Below, in pieces: positions 15,941-25,894 of a DNA stretch of 32,597 nt. This DNA is from a virus (taxonomy: Duplodnaviria; Caudoviricetes): the IMG/VR virus record IMGVR_UViG_3300044878_000101, positions 1 to 32,597 of that record; one strand, given 5' to 3'. A program made the position numbers and the translations under genes. Under the pieces are notes generated by a model that did no database searches, was not told the DNA's origin, and saw only the letters and a program-made list of their open reading frames with translations. Each line of letters begins with the position of its first letter. The first letter of the stretch is position 1.

Positions 15941-18058
15941 TTAGTTGGAGATTTTGAGCCAGTCTGCCGCGCCGTTACCTACGCTAATAGAGCAGTAGAT
16001 GGCTCTGGGGACAGAGCTTATGTCTACGTATATCTGAGGCACCTGGTCCGCCGATGTGGCAGGAGGACCACCAGCACGGCGACCGGTTACCAGGAACTCA
16101 GCGCCCGCGTCAGTGCCCGCAGCCCGTTGAAAAACAGGGCCTGATCCATAAGACGGCAGCGTCGCCTTGTACACGCTATCCGCCACAACGTTTGCGCCAG
16201 TCGAGCGACTGTGCAAAGCGACGGGCACGTTCCAAGCCGCCCGGTCCGCTGCGTTGCCGGCGCTGGTGAAATCGAGGAACGATTTCTCAGCCAGCGAAGG
16301 CTGAGCCCAGTTCGAACCGATCGAAAGCACGCTGCTGTTGATGCGCAGGTAGTGATAGTTCGTCAGGTTGGAGTTGTAGAAACGCTGGTACGCGGACGCG
16401 GAGCTACCAACCATCTGGACGCCCATGTTGTTTGCGAACACGGTGGGGGCCTGGCGCTGCGTACCGAAGCCGGCGGCGTTAACGGCGGTATAGCCACTAA
16501 CGAACGGAACCGTCGTGTTCTCCATCGGCAGCTCTTGGAGGTTGTTCGAAGTCTGTCCTGTTGCCAGGCTGACGAACTTCGTACCCGCCGCGTGCGAATC
16601 GGAACGCATGGACCCTATGCTGACTGCCCGTGTGCCTGTATCCACATAGCGAACCAGTGCCGCGTCGGCGTCGGTAGCCAAACCGCAGTAAGAAACGGAC
16701 AGCTTCTCGATGCGCACCAGATGGTTGCTTTCAAGGTCGATTGGACGGCGCCCGCCTTCCGTGTGCATCTCCCCGATGTGCGCGGTAACCAGTCGATGCA
16801 GGCGCATGTTGTTGCCGCGATCAGCTTCGACGGTGCGCGGGGTGCCACCCGCCTTGTTGCTGGTGTTCTCGATGTAAATGCTGCCGATGTTTAGCAGGCC
16901 AGAGCGAGTGGTGCCCGTCAGGCTTTTGTTTGTATCGACAGCGTAGCCGGCCGCCGATTGGGTGTTCAGCACCCACACCTGGTCGACGTTCAGATCCGTG
17001 CCAAGGTCAAACGTCAAGGCAGAGCCCAGCGCGTTGTGGATGGCTACGTTGTTCAACCAGCTACCGACCCAGGCTCCATGGAACTGCACCAGTTCACTTT
17101 CGACCGTCTGCCCCGCCTTGTTGCAATCGAAAATGAGGTTCTCAAGCCCCATGAAGTGAGTTGCTTGCGCAGCTGAACCGGTTACGGCCGCAGGAGTGCG
17201 GAACGCTGGGCAGTTCGATCCGTCCAGAAGGAAGATTTTCGAGCCGACGCCCGGTGTGTCGTCGTATGGGCCGGGACCATGAAGTAGCGCGCCACGAATC
17301 GTATCAATCGGGCCGCCAATCGCCACGCACGCACCTTTAGGCACCAGGATGCCGCCACCCTGAAACTCTCGAATGGCATAGTTGATCGCGTCACGCGCAT
17401 CCCACCGAGACGTTCCGTCGCGGATGGCGGCCTTTTGATTTGGGGGGACGAACTGCAGGATGCTCCGGGCGTTGTCGCGCAGCTCCTGGGCGACATCTGA
17501 CGGCGTGCTGTGATCCGACCCGAAAATATACCCGGACTTCCCTGCTCCGGTCGGCGCAGCCAGCTCTTGGCGCAGCGAAGCGTCTCCCATCGCAAAGAAC
17601 TTTGCCGAATCCGCCGCCCAGGTAGTAGTGGTGAATGGCAGGTTTGCGTCGTGCGCCCGGTACAGCTCGCCACTGAAGCGGACAACCTGCGTCGGCCGGG
17701 TAATGCCGAGGCCGGCGATGTAATCGACCGGGATCTCGTATCCGCTGCTTTCCAGGAAGTCGTTAAACTCGACAACCCGCTGGACCTGGTCGGCGTCGAA
17801 CTCGGAATCTCGCGCTGCCTTGTCGCTGGTGTACTGCGTATCGCGAGCAGTCTTGTCAGTGGAGTACTCGCTCGCCCGCTGAGCTTGTGCGGCCGCAAAC
17901 GACGCCTCGATACCAGCCCAAGACAGGCGATTTACGCCTCTCCGATCCGGGTAGTTGAGCAGCGGCCCCAGGATCAGATAGTCCAGGTTCTGCGAGTTAT
18001 CGATCAGGTCTTTCGGGCTGGTCGAGCCGACTGCGTTGCCGGTTGCGTAAATTGTCAT
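15941..18058 (-). CDS. tailspike / receptor-binding protein with predicted beta-helix
   Basis: Conserved-type N-terminal anchor (TGNAVGSTSPKDLIDNSQNLD), DARDAINYAI entry to a pectate-lyase-like region, beta-rich body. Confidence 0.8.
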   Translation of the reverse strand: MTIYATGNAVGSTSPKDLIDNSQNLDYLILGPLLNYPDRRGVNRLSWAGIEASFAAAQAQRASEYSTDKTARDTQYTSDKAARDSEFDADQVQRVVEFNDFLESSGYEIPVDYIAGLGITRPTQVVRFSGELYRAHDANLPFTTTTWAADSAKFFAMGDASLRQELAAPTGAGKSGYIFGSDHSTPSDVAQELRDNARSILQFVPPNQKAAIRDGTSRWDARDAINYAIREFQGGGILVPKGACVAIGGPIDTIRGALLHGPGPYDDTPGVGSKIFLLDGSNCPAFRTPAAVTGSAAQATHFMGLENLIFDCNKAGQTVESELVQFHGAWVGSWLNNVAIHNALGSALTFDLGTDLNVDQVWVLNTQSAAGYAVDTNKSLTGTTRSGLLNIGSIYIENTSNKAGGTPRTVEADRGNNMRLHRLVTAHIGEMHTEGGRRPIDLESNHLVRIEKLSVSYCGLATDADAALVRYVDTGTRAVSIGSMRSDSHAAGTKFVSLATGQTSNNLQELPMENTTVPFVSGYTAVNAAGFGTQRQAPTVFANNMGVQMVGSSASAYQRFYNSNLTNYHYLRINSSVLSIGSNWAQPSLAEKSFLDFTSAGNAADRAAWNVPVALHSRSTGANVVADSVYKATLPSYGSGPVFQRAAGTDAGAEFLVTGRRAGGPPATSADQVPQIYVDISSVPRAIYCSISVGNGAADWLKISN

Positions 18059-18116
18059 GCGTTAGCTCCAGGCATGCTGAGCCCGATGGGCGAATTGGTT
18101 TTTGTGTGGGTCACGG

Positions 18117-18575
18117 TCATGCCTCCGGCCATTCGCGGTTCATCGCGATGTCGAAGATGTTCGAGTGCAGGACGTATTCGGGGGCGTAGATCAGCCAGTC
18201 CTTGCCGATCAGGGGCCGCTTGAAGATGCTGAGCGTTGCTTGAAATCGCCAGCGGCTGATGCCGACCAGCTTCGGGCCTTGGTACATGCCCTTGAACTTG
18301 CCTTCATAGGTGTCGAACCCCAGCGGGGTCTTGAGCGGGCAATTGAACGGCAGGGTTCCAGAGTTCAGGGTGTATTCATGCCAGGCCATGAACAGCTGGG
18401 CCTCGCCGTCGTCAAACTCCCAGCTGACGGCCACAATATCCGGGGTGTTTTTGAATCGAACCCGGTCAATGGTTCTGCCGCTCTGTAGTTCCGTACTGAT
18501 CGAGGGGCTGACCTGGTCGAATCCATAGTTACCGTCGCGCAGCGGATACGGGAGCCCTTCTGGATAATCAATCAT
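18117..18575 (-). CDS. minor tail protein (distal-tail-like)
   Basis: YPEGLPYPLRDG.YG, STELQSGR...R.F and F.CPLKTPLG motifs. Confidence 0.7.
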   Translation of the reverse strand: MIDYPEGLPYPLRDGNYGFDQVSPSISTELQSGRTIDRVRFKNTPDIVAVSWEFDDGEAQLFMAWHEYTLNSGTLPFNCPLKTPLGFDTYEGKFKGMYQGPKLVGISRWRFQATLSIFKRPLIGKDWLIYAPEYVLHSNIFDIAMNREWPEA

Positions 18576-18587
18576 CGATTGCCGTCC

Positions 18588-21500
18588 TTATGCCGGGGCT
18601 GGGGCGTTGTCGTAGGTGTAAACACGGGCGTCATAGGGCATGCCCTTGAGCGCGACGTTTCCGTTTGATGGGTTCGAGCTGGTGACAAGGACCGGATAGG
18701 CCCACTTGCTCGACGGGCCGACCAGGAGCTGAGGCAGTTCCAAGGTCATGCTGGTGTCGGGCACGAAGTCCAGATCGGCAATTTGCATGTGGTACTCATC
18801 GATTGCAGTCACTTGGAAGGGACCCGAGAGAGAGCCATCCGCACGACTGATCCCGACTTTGTAGGTCTCGGGCGCCGACCAGTCGATAGGCTCGGTCGAT
18901 TCCAAGAGGAAGCCACCGGTAATCGGCGTGACGCTGCGCAGCTGCGCGCTCTGGCACAGGCCCGGCGTATCGCTGGCCACCGCGCAGAAGCTCAGGTAGC
19001 CCGAGTTCATGCCGGCCAGCTCGGTTTCCCAGCTGTAGGTGTCTTGGCGGAACAGTTGGTGACCCCGGCGACGCATGCCGAACTGGTAAGCCCGGTTTCG
19101 ATCACCGACACCGGGCAGCTTGACCTTCTCGACCTTAAACCCCGCATCGCCCGGCCAGCGGCAGGGCACGGTTTCCCAGGCCCATGTCAGGTTCGAGTAA
19201 TACTCAACGTCGACCCCGTCGAAGTCGTTGATTGACGGCAGGGCTCCGTCGATTTTGAGCCCCTTGGTCATGTTTTGCGGCGAGTAGGTCTGCGTTTTCG
19301 GTCCGTAGGTGATATCGAATGCCGCCCGCGGCTCGTCGCGCACCAGACTGACCAAGCCGTTCTTGATGGTCAGCTCGGCAAAGCCACAAGCCAGCGCATT
19401 GTTCAGCCGGTCCTTGGCCGTACTGGTGTCGTCGATCACCTCATCGTAATACTGGCCGGCGGCCTGGAATACCGCGTGCAAGCGATCCCACTCGGGCAGG
19501 TCGATATCGGCGTCGGTGTATCCGAGCGACTTCAGGACATGCAGGCACCAAGGCACGATTCCGCGAGTAGCCTGGGCCGGCTGCCACACACCACCAGAAC
19601 GAACCGGCAATTTTCGCGTGGCTTCGACGCTGATCTGGCTCTCTGATTGCGATGACAGGCGATCACCGCCACGAACCTTCACCGACATGACCGTCATGCC
19701 TGGGTAAATCGAAGGGCGAAAAACTCGAAGACCTCTCAAGCCATACCAAGTAGCATCATCGTGATACTCGGAAGGAAGGTATCCGCCCGTTTCGACGAAA
19801 ACTTTCTTAATCCTGACTTCCGCCCTCATTGGGTACGGAAGGGCTATCGTGTGAGTGAACCCTTGCGCATCCCGGGATGCCCCGTAATCAATGATCGTCT
19901 GAGCGATCCATGCTCCAGCCACGTCTGCGTCTCGATACTCTATCGAATGTCCTCCCGCGACCTTGTAAAGCGCGCCCTTTGGAGTCATTCCGTACAGACC
20001 GCTCGCATAGAACACGCTGTACTCAAAGTGACTGATCAGCTCTTTTTCTGGCGCCGCAATGAATGGCCCACGGTACCCGCCTTGCTGGCTGGATGGATCA
20101 AGCGTGATCGAGCCACTTACTGTTTCCATGGCGTTAAATCCAGGCCACCCGGCGTCAACGGATCCACCGGAAGTCAGGCGATCCACGGTCATGACCGATC
20201 CGCCGACGGCGGTTATCCGATATCGCAGGCCTCGCGGGCCTATGGTGGCCAGGCCGAAACCCAGGGCCAGGCCCACTACGGGCGACCCGCCGTCGTAGTT
20301 CAGAGTCATTTGTGACGGCACTTCAGGCGTGCCGGCGCTCGCCGGTGTGCCGGTGGTATTGATCGGGCTGCTACCAAGGATATCGGCGCCGCCGGATGCA
20401 ACCATTGTTTCGCCGCCGAAGGTGCCGAACTGAGTAATCAGCAACTTGCCGGAAGAGGCGCTGGCCAGGAATGGCGCCGAGCCTTTGGCCGTGTTGAAGG
20501 CCGACACCAAGCCGGCAAGGTTGGTCGTTGCCGTGGCCAGGTTCACCGCATACGGCGTGCTGCCCAGCGTCACGGTGACCGACAGCGGCGTCACGTTGAA
20601 GTCGTAGCGCGCCGGCACGCTTGATCCGAGTATCGTTGAGGCGGTGCCCGAGGTGGGCGGCACAGCTGGCGAATACGGCGTGTAGCTATTGACGACGTAG
20701 TTGCCCGCGTTCGCCCCGTCGACCTCAATCAGCATGCCAGGGAACGGGTTCAGCATTTCAAGCGGGCCTTGCACGATGTCGCGCCCTGCCCCGCCATCTA
20801 CGACGAGGTAGGTGTAGGGCGACAGAACGCGAATCACCAAGCCGCTCGCCCAGTCGCCCGGGAAGGTGCCGGCGCCGGCCGGTATCGAGATGGCGTGGCC
20901 GTTGAACTGGTAGGCCCAGGCCGTAGCTGACGGCGTAATGCTGGTCGACAGCGTTAATTCCAGACCTGAAGAGCCGCTGGAGCCGGACCCGACTTCGCCG
21001 ACGTTGTACCAGAGCAGCGAAGCCGTATCGTCAAACACGTATGCGCCCGGAGGATAGATCGCCACCTGAGCATCGGCACCCATCGAAATAATCGGCGTGT
21101 CGCCAACCTTGACGGTACTCAAAGGGATATCAAGATCGCCCGCGGAGACGTAGAGCAGCATTTCAACCCACTGCTCGCGCGGCGCCACAAACCAGGTGCG
21201 CGGCTCAGTAAGATAAGCCGGGAACAGCTTTTGACGACCGGCCAGGTTGCGCACCGGATCGCCGATCTTGACCTTGTTGCCCCTGGCGCTGGCCTCGTCA
21301 ATCGGATCGCCTTGCGCGGTTCCGGCTGTCGATGGCATGCCCGGCATTTTAGGCGCCATCATCTTGGAGACGGCTACGGTCCCGGCGATCAGCAGGGCGG
21401 CGATGGCAAATCCGGCGAACCCCTTCGGCTCGCGCCAGATCTGGACGCGGTCTGACGGCTTGAATTTGACTTTATGCCAGAGCGTCGGGCAGATCAGTTC

Positions 21501-21656
21501 GTCGTTGATCGCTACGCTGATCGGCTGCACTGGCGAGCGTTGATAGGATTCTGTCTGCTGCTGAATCCACGCCTCGATCGTCATCCGTTCGCGAGCGGTG
21601 AAGGTGGCCAGCGGCGCAGTGTCGGCCAATTTGTTCGGGAAGAATTCAATGGTCAT
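18588..21656 (-). CDS. tail tip / host-specificity protein (TipJ-like) with N-terminal ubiquitin-like domain
   Basis: About 1020 aa; GNKVKIGDPV, SQISVEATRKLP and FDGVDVEY motifs; follows NlpC/P60 gene. Confidence 0.85.
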   Translation of the reverse strand: MTIEFFPNKLADTAPLATFTARERMTIEAWIQQQTESYQRSPVQPISVAINDELICPTLWHKVKFKPSDRVQIWREPKGFAGFAIAALLIAGTVAVSKMMAPKMPGMPSTAGTAQGDPIDEASARGNKVKIGDPVRNLAGRQKLFPAYLTEPRTWFVAPREQWVEMLLYVSAGDLDIPLSTVKVGDTPIISMGADAQVAIYPPGAYVFDDTASLLWYNVGEVGSGSSGSSGLELTLSTSITPSATAWAYQFNGHAISIPAGAGTFPGDWASGLVIRVLSPYTYLVVDGGAGRDIVQGPLEMLNPFPGMLIEVDGANAGNYVVNSYTPYSPAVPPTSGTASTILGSSVPARYDFNVTPLSVTVTLGSTPYAVNLATATTNLAGLVSAFNTAKGSAPFLASASSGKLLITQFGTFGGETMVASGGADILGSSPINTTGTPASAGTPEVPSQMTLNYDGGSPVVGLALGFGLATIGPRGLRYRITAVGGSVMTVDRLTSGGSVDAGWPGFNAMETVSGSITLDPSSQQGGYRGPFIAAPEKELISHFEYSVFYASGLYGMTPKGALYKVAGGHSIEYRDADVAGAWIAQTIIDYGASRDAQGFTHTIALPYPMRAEVRIKKVFVETGGYLPSEYHDDATWYGLRGLRVFRPSIYPGMTVMSVKVRGGDRLSSQSESQISVEATRKLPVRSGGVWQPAQATRGIVPWCLHVLKSLGYTDADIDLPEWDRLHAVFQAAGQYYDEVIDDTSTAKDRLNNALACGFAELTIKNGLVSLVRDEPRAAFDITYGPKTQTYSPQNMTKGLKIDGALPSINDFDGVDVEYYSNLTWAWETVPCRWPGDAGFKVEKVKLPGVGDRNRAYQFGMRRRGHQLFRQDTYSWETELAGMNSGYLSFCAVASDTPGLCQSAQLRSVTPITGGFLLESTEPIDWSAPETYKVGISRADGSLSGPFQVTAIDEYHMQIADLDFVPDTSMTLELPQLLVGPSSKWAYPVLVTSSNPSNGNVALKGMPYDARVYTYDNAPAPA

Positions 21657-22036
21657 TTGTAGTACGCCACTCGTTGATAGGCCGACTCGAAGTCGCGCAC
21701 AGGGCGAATGCGGGGGCCGCCCGGGTTGGTGTCGAGCACTTTCAGCTGGCCGTCCAGATAAATGACTATGCCGACGTGCGCCATCAGGTCGCCTGCGAAG
21801 ACGGCCGCAATGGCTCCAGGCTCTGGCGCACACTCGTCCATGCCTGCCTTTAGTTCTCGGTACGCAAGGGTGTTCTCGCGCAGCTTTGATCGGCCAACAC
21901 CGCCCAGCGACGGAAGCAATGGCAGGCCGAACACCTCATGCCGAACGGCGATGACCAGTCCGTAGCAGTCATAAGCCAGGGGACCGCGCGCGCCATCCTT
22001 GTAGGGGGCTGATTGGTACTTGCTGAGCGGGCTCAT
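21653..22036 (-). CDS. NlpC/P60-family tail assembly protein
   Basis: GARGPLAYDCYGLV...HVGIV. Confidence 0.85.
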   Translation of the reverse strand: MSPLSKYQSAPYKDGARGPLAYDCYGLVIAVRHEVFGLPLLPSLGGVGRSKLRENTLAYRELKAGMDECAPEPGAIAAVFAGDLMAHVGIVIYLDGQLKVLDTNPGGPRIRPVRDFESAYQRVAYYK

Positions 22037-22515
22037 ATGTAGAGCAACCCAGGCGCGACACTGGTAGTCAATTTCTCGCGCGGGAACGCCGTGCCGAGCA
22101 GGTCGAACAGGCCGCATGTCAAGGTTGCAGTGACTGACTCGTACTGCCTGGACAGTAGCGACATTCGATAGCGTTCTGCCGGATAGGTCAGGTCGCTTTC
22201 AAGGTAGCGACGGCAGGTCAGCACGACCCGAGCATTCGCTGCCTTGGCCTTCTCGATCTGGATCTGCACCTCGCCGGACGTGTTGTCTAGCGCGATTATC
22301 AGGCTCTGGAAGGCGCTATTGTCCTGATTTGGCAGGCCCTGCTCGTAAGCCAGGGCGGTGAAGACGAGCGTCCGTGAATCCTCGGTACCGCAGACGCGAT
22401 CCTCGTAGCCGTCACAGATCAGGATCGGAGACGACCAGATTGAGCACGTCGCCTCGATGGTGTTGATCGGTAGCGGCCCGCCCGAGGCGTAGCAGACGTT
22501 GATCGGGTTGCTCAT
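22033..22515 (-). CDS. DUF1833-like minor tail protein
   Basis: YASGG...IALDNTSGEV...RRYLESDL.YPAE motifs; position after tape measure. Confidence 0.8.
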   Translation of the reverse strand: MSNPINVCYASGGPLPINTIEATCSIWSSPILICDGYEDRVCGTEDSRTLVFTALAYEQGLPNQDNSAFQSLIIALDNTSGEVQIQIEKAKAANARVVLTCRRYLESDLTYPAERYRMSLLSRQYESVTATLTCGLFDLLGTAFPREKLTTSVAPGLLYI

Positions 22516-22561
22516 CCTTCCTCCGATAGTCCCTTGGTAGAGACCCTATAGTATCACCGTG

Positions 22562-25477
22562 CTATGCGCCTTGGGACTTCAAGCCGTACTTGGATTGGTT
22601 CGCCTCATGAATCTCGCCTTCGGACCTGATGTTGGCGACATAAATGTCGACGACATCCTGCGTGCTGAGCTGGGATCGATTGACCTGGCCTGCGCGACTG
22701 GCATCCTCATGCAGATTGACGACCAGAGACCTTTCGCTCGGCGCGGAACTGGCCTTGCCGCCGGAAGACTTTGAAGTGCTTCCGCCTGACGAGCCGACCC
22801 CAGCCGGCATGGCCTCGCCCCGGCGCATGGCCTCGACCGACTCAACGCCGCCGAAACGCTTGATGTCTGCCTGACTCCATACGACCTCACCCTTGTGGAC
22901 GATGCCGGCCGGTTCATTGACGCCGCCTGCACCGGTATAGCCGCCGCCGGAGAAGCCTTTGATCAGGGCGAAGGCTGCCAAAAGAGCACCGCCGCCGACG
23001 ACCGCTGCAGCGCCGAAGGTGCCGATCGATGCGACCAGGGCCGCGGGCAGCCAAGACGCGAGGGTTGTACCAGCCGCCGCGACTTGCGCCGTGGTTGTGG
23101 TGGCCGTTGCCGCCAAAGATGAGGCCGTGGATATGCCATCGGCTGCGACCTTTGCCGTCGTCACAGTTGCAACGCTGGCCGTCTCGGCAGCCGTTTCTGT
23201 CCCGATCCTCGCCATCTTGGCGACATGCAGTGCCGTCTCGGTCTGGCCGAAAGCGAGCTGAATGCCCTGATTGACCAGCCATTGAGTCGCCATCTGCCCG
23301 AGACCATCGAGGACGGATCTCGCCAGGCTGTCGAACACGCCACGTGTCACCTCGCCGAAGGTCTGGCCATCCAAAGCCATCTTCGAGAAAGCGCTGCCAT
23401 ACCCAGCCGTGAACGTATCCAGCGAGTCGGTCATGACGGTCTGGGTCTGGTAGGCGACGTCCTGGACCTTGGCCTGGTAGTTGTCCCAGCCCGCGGTGAT
23501 GCCGTTCATCCAGTTGGATTGCGCCGCATCGACCTGGGCCCAGCCATTCACCATGATGGCGACTTGCTGCGGGTACAGCTCATTTGTGATATCGATCTGC
23601 TTCTGCAAGGCCTCGCGCTGCTTCTCGCCTTGGGCGTTGGCCAGTTCGGTCTGCAGGTCGAGGATCTTGTCGTTTGTCTCCTTTTCCAGCTGCAGGCGCT
23701 CTTGCTCTCTGCCCGCGCGCTCGTTACCCATGCCGACCGCTGCCGCCTCGGCGTTGGCGGCGTCCTGCTGGTTCTGTATCTGCTTGAGCATCTGCGCCCG
23801 GTACTGCTCGGCCTGGCTCAGCTCGCCAGTCTTGGCAATCAGGGCGGAGTAGTTGAGCGATGCCTGCGCCATGGCCTGGCCGTATTGCTCTTGGGTGATG
23901 AGTCCTTTGCCCAGCACTTGCTGAAGCTGGCCTTGCTCTTCGGTCAGCAGGCGCGCGGCCTGTGCGACCGGGTCGTATTGGCTATAGAGCTTGGCGAAGA
24001 CGCCCTGAGCCTCGGTGATACCCTTGAGCGAATCAGCCTGAGCCTTTTTCGACGCCGCAGACGAAGCCTTCGTCGCCTCTTCCGCAGCCTTTTTGGCGTC
24101 CTTCTCCTGCGCATACTTGAGCAGCAGCTTTTCCTGCTCGGGCAGCAGCTTGCCGAGCTCGCCGGTTTCAATGGCGTAACGAACCTTTGCCGCCTCGGTG
24201 TTATCTCCCTGCAGAGCCGCTGACTTCTTGAGATTGGTCAGGAGCTTTTCGTATTCAGCATTGACCGTTGGCGAAGGCGCATCACCTTTTGGGGTTGCGC
24301 CCCCTGCCGCGCCTGAGTCCTTCGCGAGCTTCGAGGTCAGCGTTTTGATCGTGGTGGCGCGAGACTGAAGGCCGGCAATCTCGGCATCGATCTCGGCTCG
24401 GTTGTAAAACTTGAAGTTGAAAAAGACGGTGTCGTTTGCGTCACCCGAGAGCCTGGCCCTGGCTGATTGCAGGTCGCGAATCCCCGACAGCGTGACGCTC
24501 AGTTCGTTGTTGAGCCCCGCGACCGTCTGCTTGTTCTCCCGGAAGAAGTCCAGGAATTCGCCGGAGTTGAACCGATCCATGGCGCTGGCAAGCGAGGCGA
24601 TGCCCGTCGCCAGGCCGTTACTTGCCCCCGTCGCCTGATCCAGCTTGCCAATGGTGGAAACCAAGGCGTTATTGAAGGCAGTGATCGACTGGCTGACGGT
24701 GATGTTTAGGCTGCCGCTCAGCTCGTCGACTTTGTCCTTCTGGTTCTGCAGGGCAGTGACAATCGCTTCGGATGTCAGCTTGCCCTCGGCGCCCATAGCT
24801 CGAAGTTGGCCGATGGTCACGCCAAGCCCGCGAGCAATGGCCTGAGCAAGTGCCGGGGTCTGCTCCATGATGGAGTTCAGTTCGTCACCGCGCAGGGTTC
24901 CGGACGCCAGCGCCTGGCCGAACTGAACCATGGCGGCATCGGCAGCAGCAGCGCTCGCGCCGCTCAGTGCGACGGTCTTGGCCACGGTCTCGGTGATACT
25001 GGCGACTTCGCCAAAATCCAGGCCGAGCTGCCGGGCGTTTTGGGCGATCCGCTGATAGACCTGCGCCGTCACTTCAAGCGATTGGCGGGAGTTTTGCGCT
25101 ACCTGGTAAACGGATTCCTGCGCAAAGGCGAGCTGCTCAGTCCCATCTGTCACCAGCTTCAATCGGTTGGTGATATTGGTGTACTGCTCGGCAGCGGCAG
25201 CAATCTTGGCAATGCTGAAGGCGGCAGCCAGCGGGGCGACAAGGCCGGCGGCGGCCGATGCCATCTTGTTGGTCTGCCCTTCGAGCCCTTTCACCTTCGA
25301 GGCGCTGTCGCTCGCGCTCTTGCCGACACCGTCAATGGAGGCGCCAGCCTTGCGCATTGCCGGGTCGACCTTGTTGCCGGCAGACTCAAGGCCCGTCAGC
25401 TCCTTGCGCATCGCCTCTGCGTCACGTTGCGCGCCACGGGAGTCAATCGTTACCGCGAGACGTGATTCTTGAGACAT
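22562..25477 (-). CDS. tail tape measure protein
   Basis: QFGQALASGTLRGDELNSIMEQ, lambda-type NWMNG..AGW.NY region, GGYTGAGGVNEPAGIVHKGEVVW. Confidence 0.95.
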   Translation of the reverse strand: MSQESRLAVTIDSRGAQRDAEAMRKELTGLESAGNKVDPAMRKAGASIDGVGKSASDSASKVKGLEGQTNKMASAAAGLVAPLAAAFSIAKIAAAAEQYTNITNRLKLVTDGTEQLAFAQESVYQVAQNSRQSLEVTAQVYQRIAQNARQLGLDFGEVASITETVAKTVALSGASAAAADAAMVQFGQALASGTLRGDELNSIMEQTPALAQAIARGLGVTIGQLRAMGAEGKLTSEAIVTALQNQKDKVDELSGSLNITVSQSITAFNNALVSTIGKLDQATGASNGLATGIASLASAMDRFNSGEFLDFFRENKQTVAGLNNELSVTLSGIRDLQSARARLSGDANDTVFFNFKFYNRAEIDAEIAGLQSRATTIKTLTSKLAKDSGAAGGATPKGDAPSPTVNAEYEKLLTNLKKSAALQGDNTEAAKVRYAIETGELGKLLPEQEKLLLKYAQEKDAKKAAEEATKASSAASKKAQADSLKGITEAQGVFAKLYSQYDPVAQAARLLTEEQGQLQQVLGKGLITQEQYGQAMAQASLNYSALIAKTGELSQAEQYRAQMLKQIQNQQDAANAEAAAVGMGNERAGREQERLQLEKETNDKILDLQTELANAQGEKQREALQKQIDITNELYPQQVAIMVNGWAQVDAAQSNWMNGITAGWDNYQAKVQDVAYQTQTVMTDSLDTFTAGYGSAFSKMALDGQTFGEVTRGVFDSLARSVLDGLGQMATQWLVNQGIQLAFGQTETALHVAKMARIGTETAAETASVATVTTAKVAADGISTASSLAATATTTTAQVAAAGTTLASWLPAALVASIGTFGAAAVVGGGALLAAFALIKGFSGGGYTGAGGVNEPAGIVHKGEVVWSQADIKRFGGVESVEAMRRGEAMPAGVGSSGGSTSKSSGGKASSAPSERSLVVNLHEDASRAGQVNRSQLSTQDVVDIYVANIRSEGEIHEANQSKYGLKSQGA

Positions 25478-25495
25478 TCTCCAAACTCCAGGCAT

Positions 25496-25524
25496 AAAAA
25501 AACCCGCTCAAGGCGGGCTTCTTT
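25496..25524 (-). terminator. intrinsic terminator after moron
   Basis: - strand AAGCCCGC-cttga-GCGGGTTTTTTT. Confidence 0.8.
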
Positions 25525-25535
25525 GAAAATAAATA

Positions 25536-25832
25536 TCAGGCAGCTATTGGCTCAAGGCCTGATTGGCAATGCTTGCATTTGCAGGCTTCGCGGCTGACGA
25601 TCTCTGCGCACTCTGGGCATTTTCGATAGAGCGACGAGACGCCAAACTTCTTGGCGATCTCCAGACTTTTCTCCTGATCGATGCCGATAGGGTTGACCAG
25701 CCAGATAGCGAACAGGGCCAGGAACGAAAACAGCGCGCCAAGGATCACCCATGCGCCTACGCTTCGGCCTTTCTTTCCGGCCAGATAGCCGGTGAACGCT
25801 GCGATCGCAGCCCAGATAATCAGGTACTCCAT
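25536..25832 (-). CDS. moron: two-TM membrane protein with C-terminal zinc ribbon
   Basis: Two hydrophobic helices around KKGRS; CPECAE...CKHC; AGGGAG RBS. Confidence 0.8.
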   Translation of the reverse strand: MEYLIIWAAIAAFTGYLAGKKGRSVGAWVILGALFSFLALFAIWLVNPIGIDQEKSLEIAKKFGVSSLYRKCPECAEIVSREACKCKHCQSGLEPIAA

Positions 25833-25858
25833 GACGCTTTCTCCCTGTGAATGCGCAA

Positions 25859-25867
25859 ACTTTAGCA
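25859..25867 (-). promoter_or_regulatory. extended -10 promoter of the moron
   Basis: TGC-TAAAGT (TGn plus -10-like hexamer) about 27 nt upstream of the start codon. Confidence 0.5.
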
Positions 25868-25894
25868 TCACGGGAGTTACGCATCCACCGGGTG

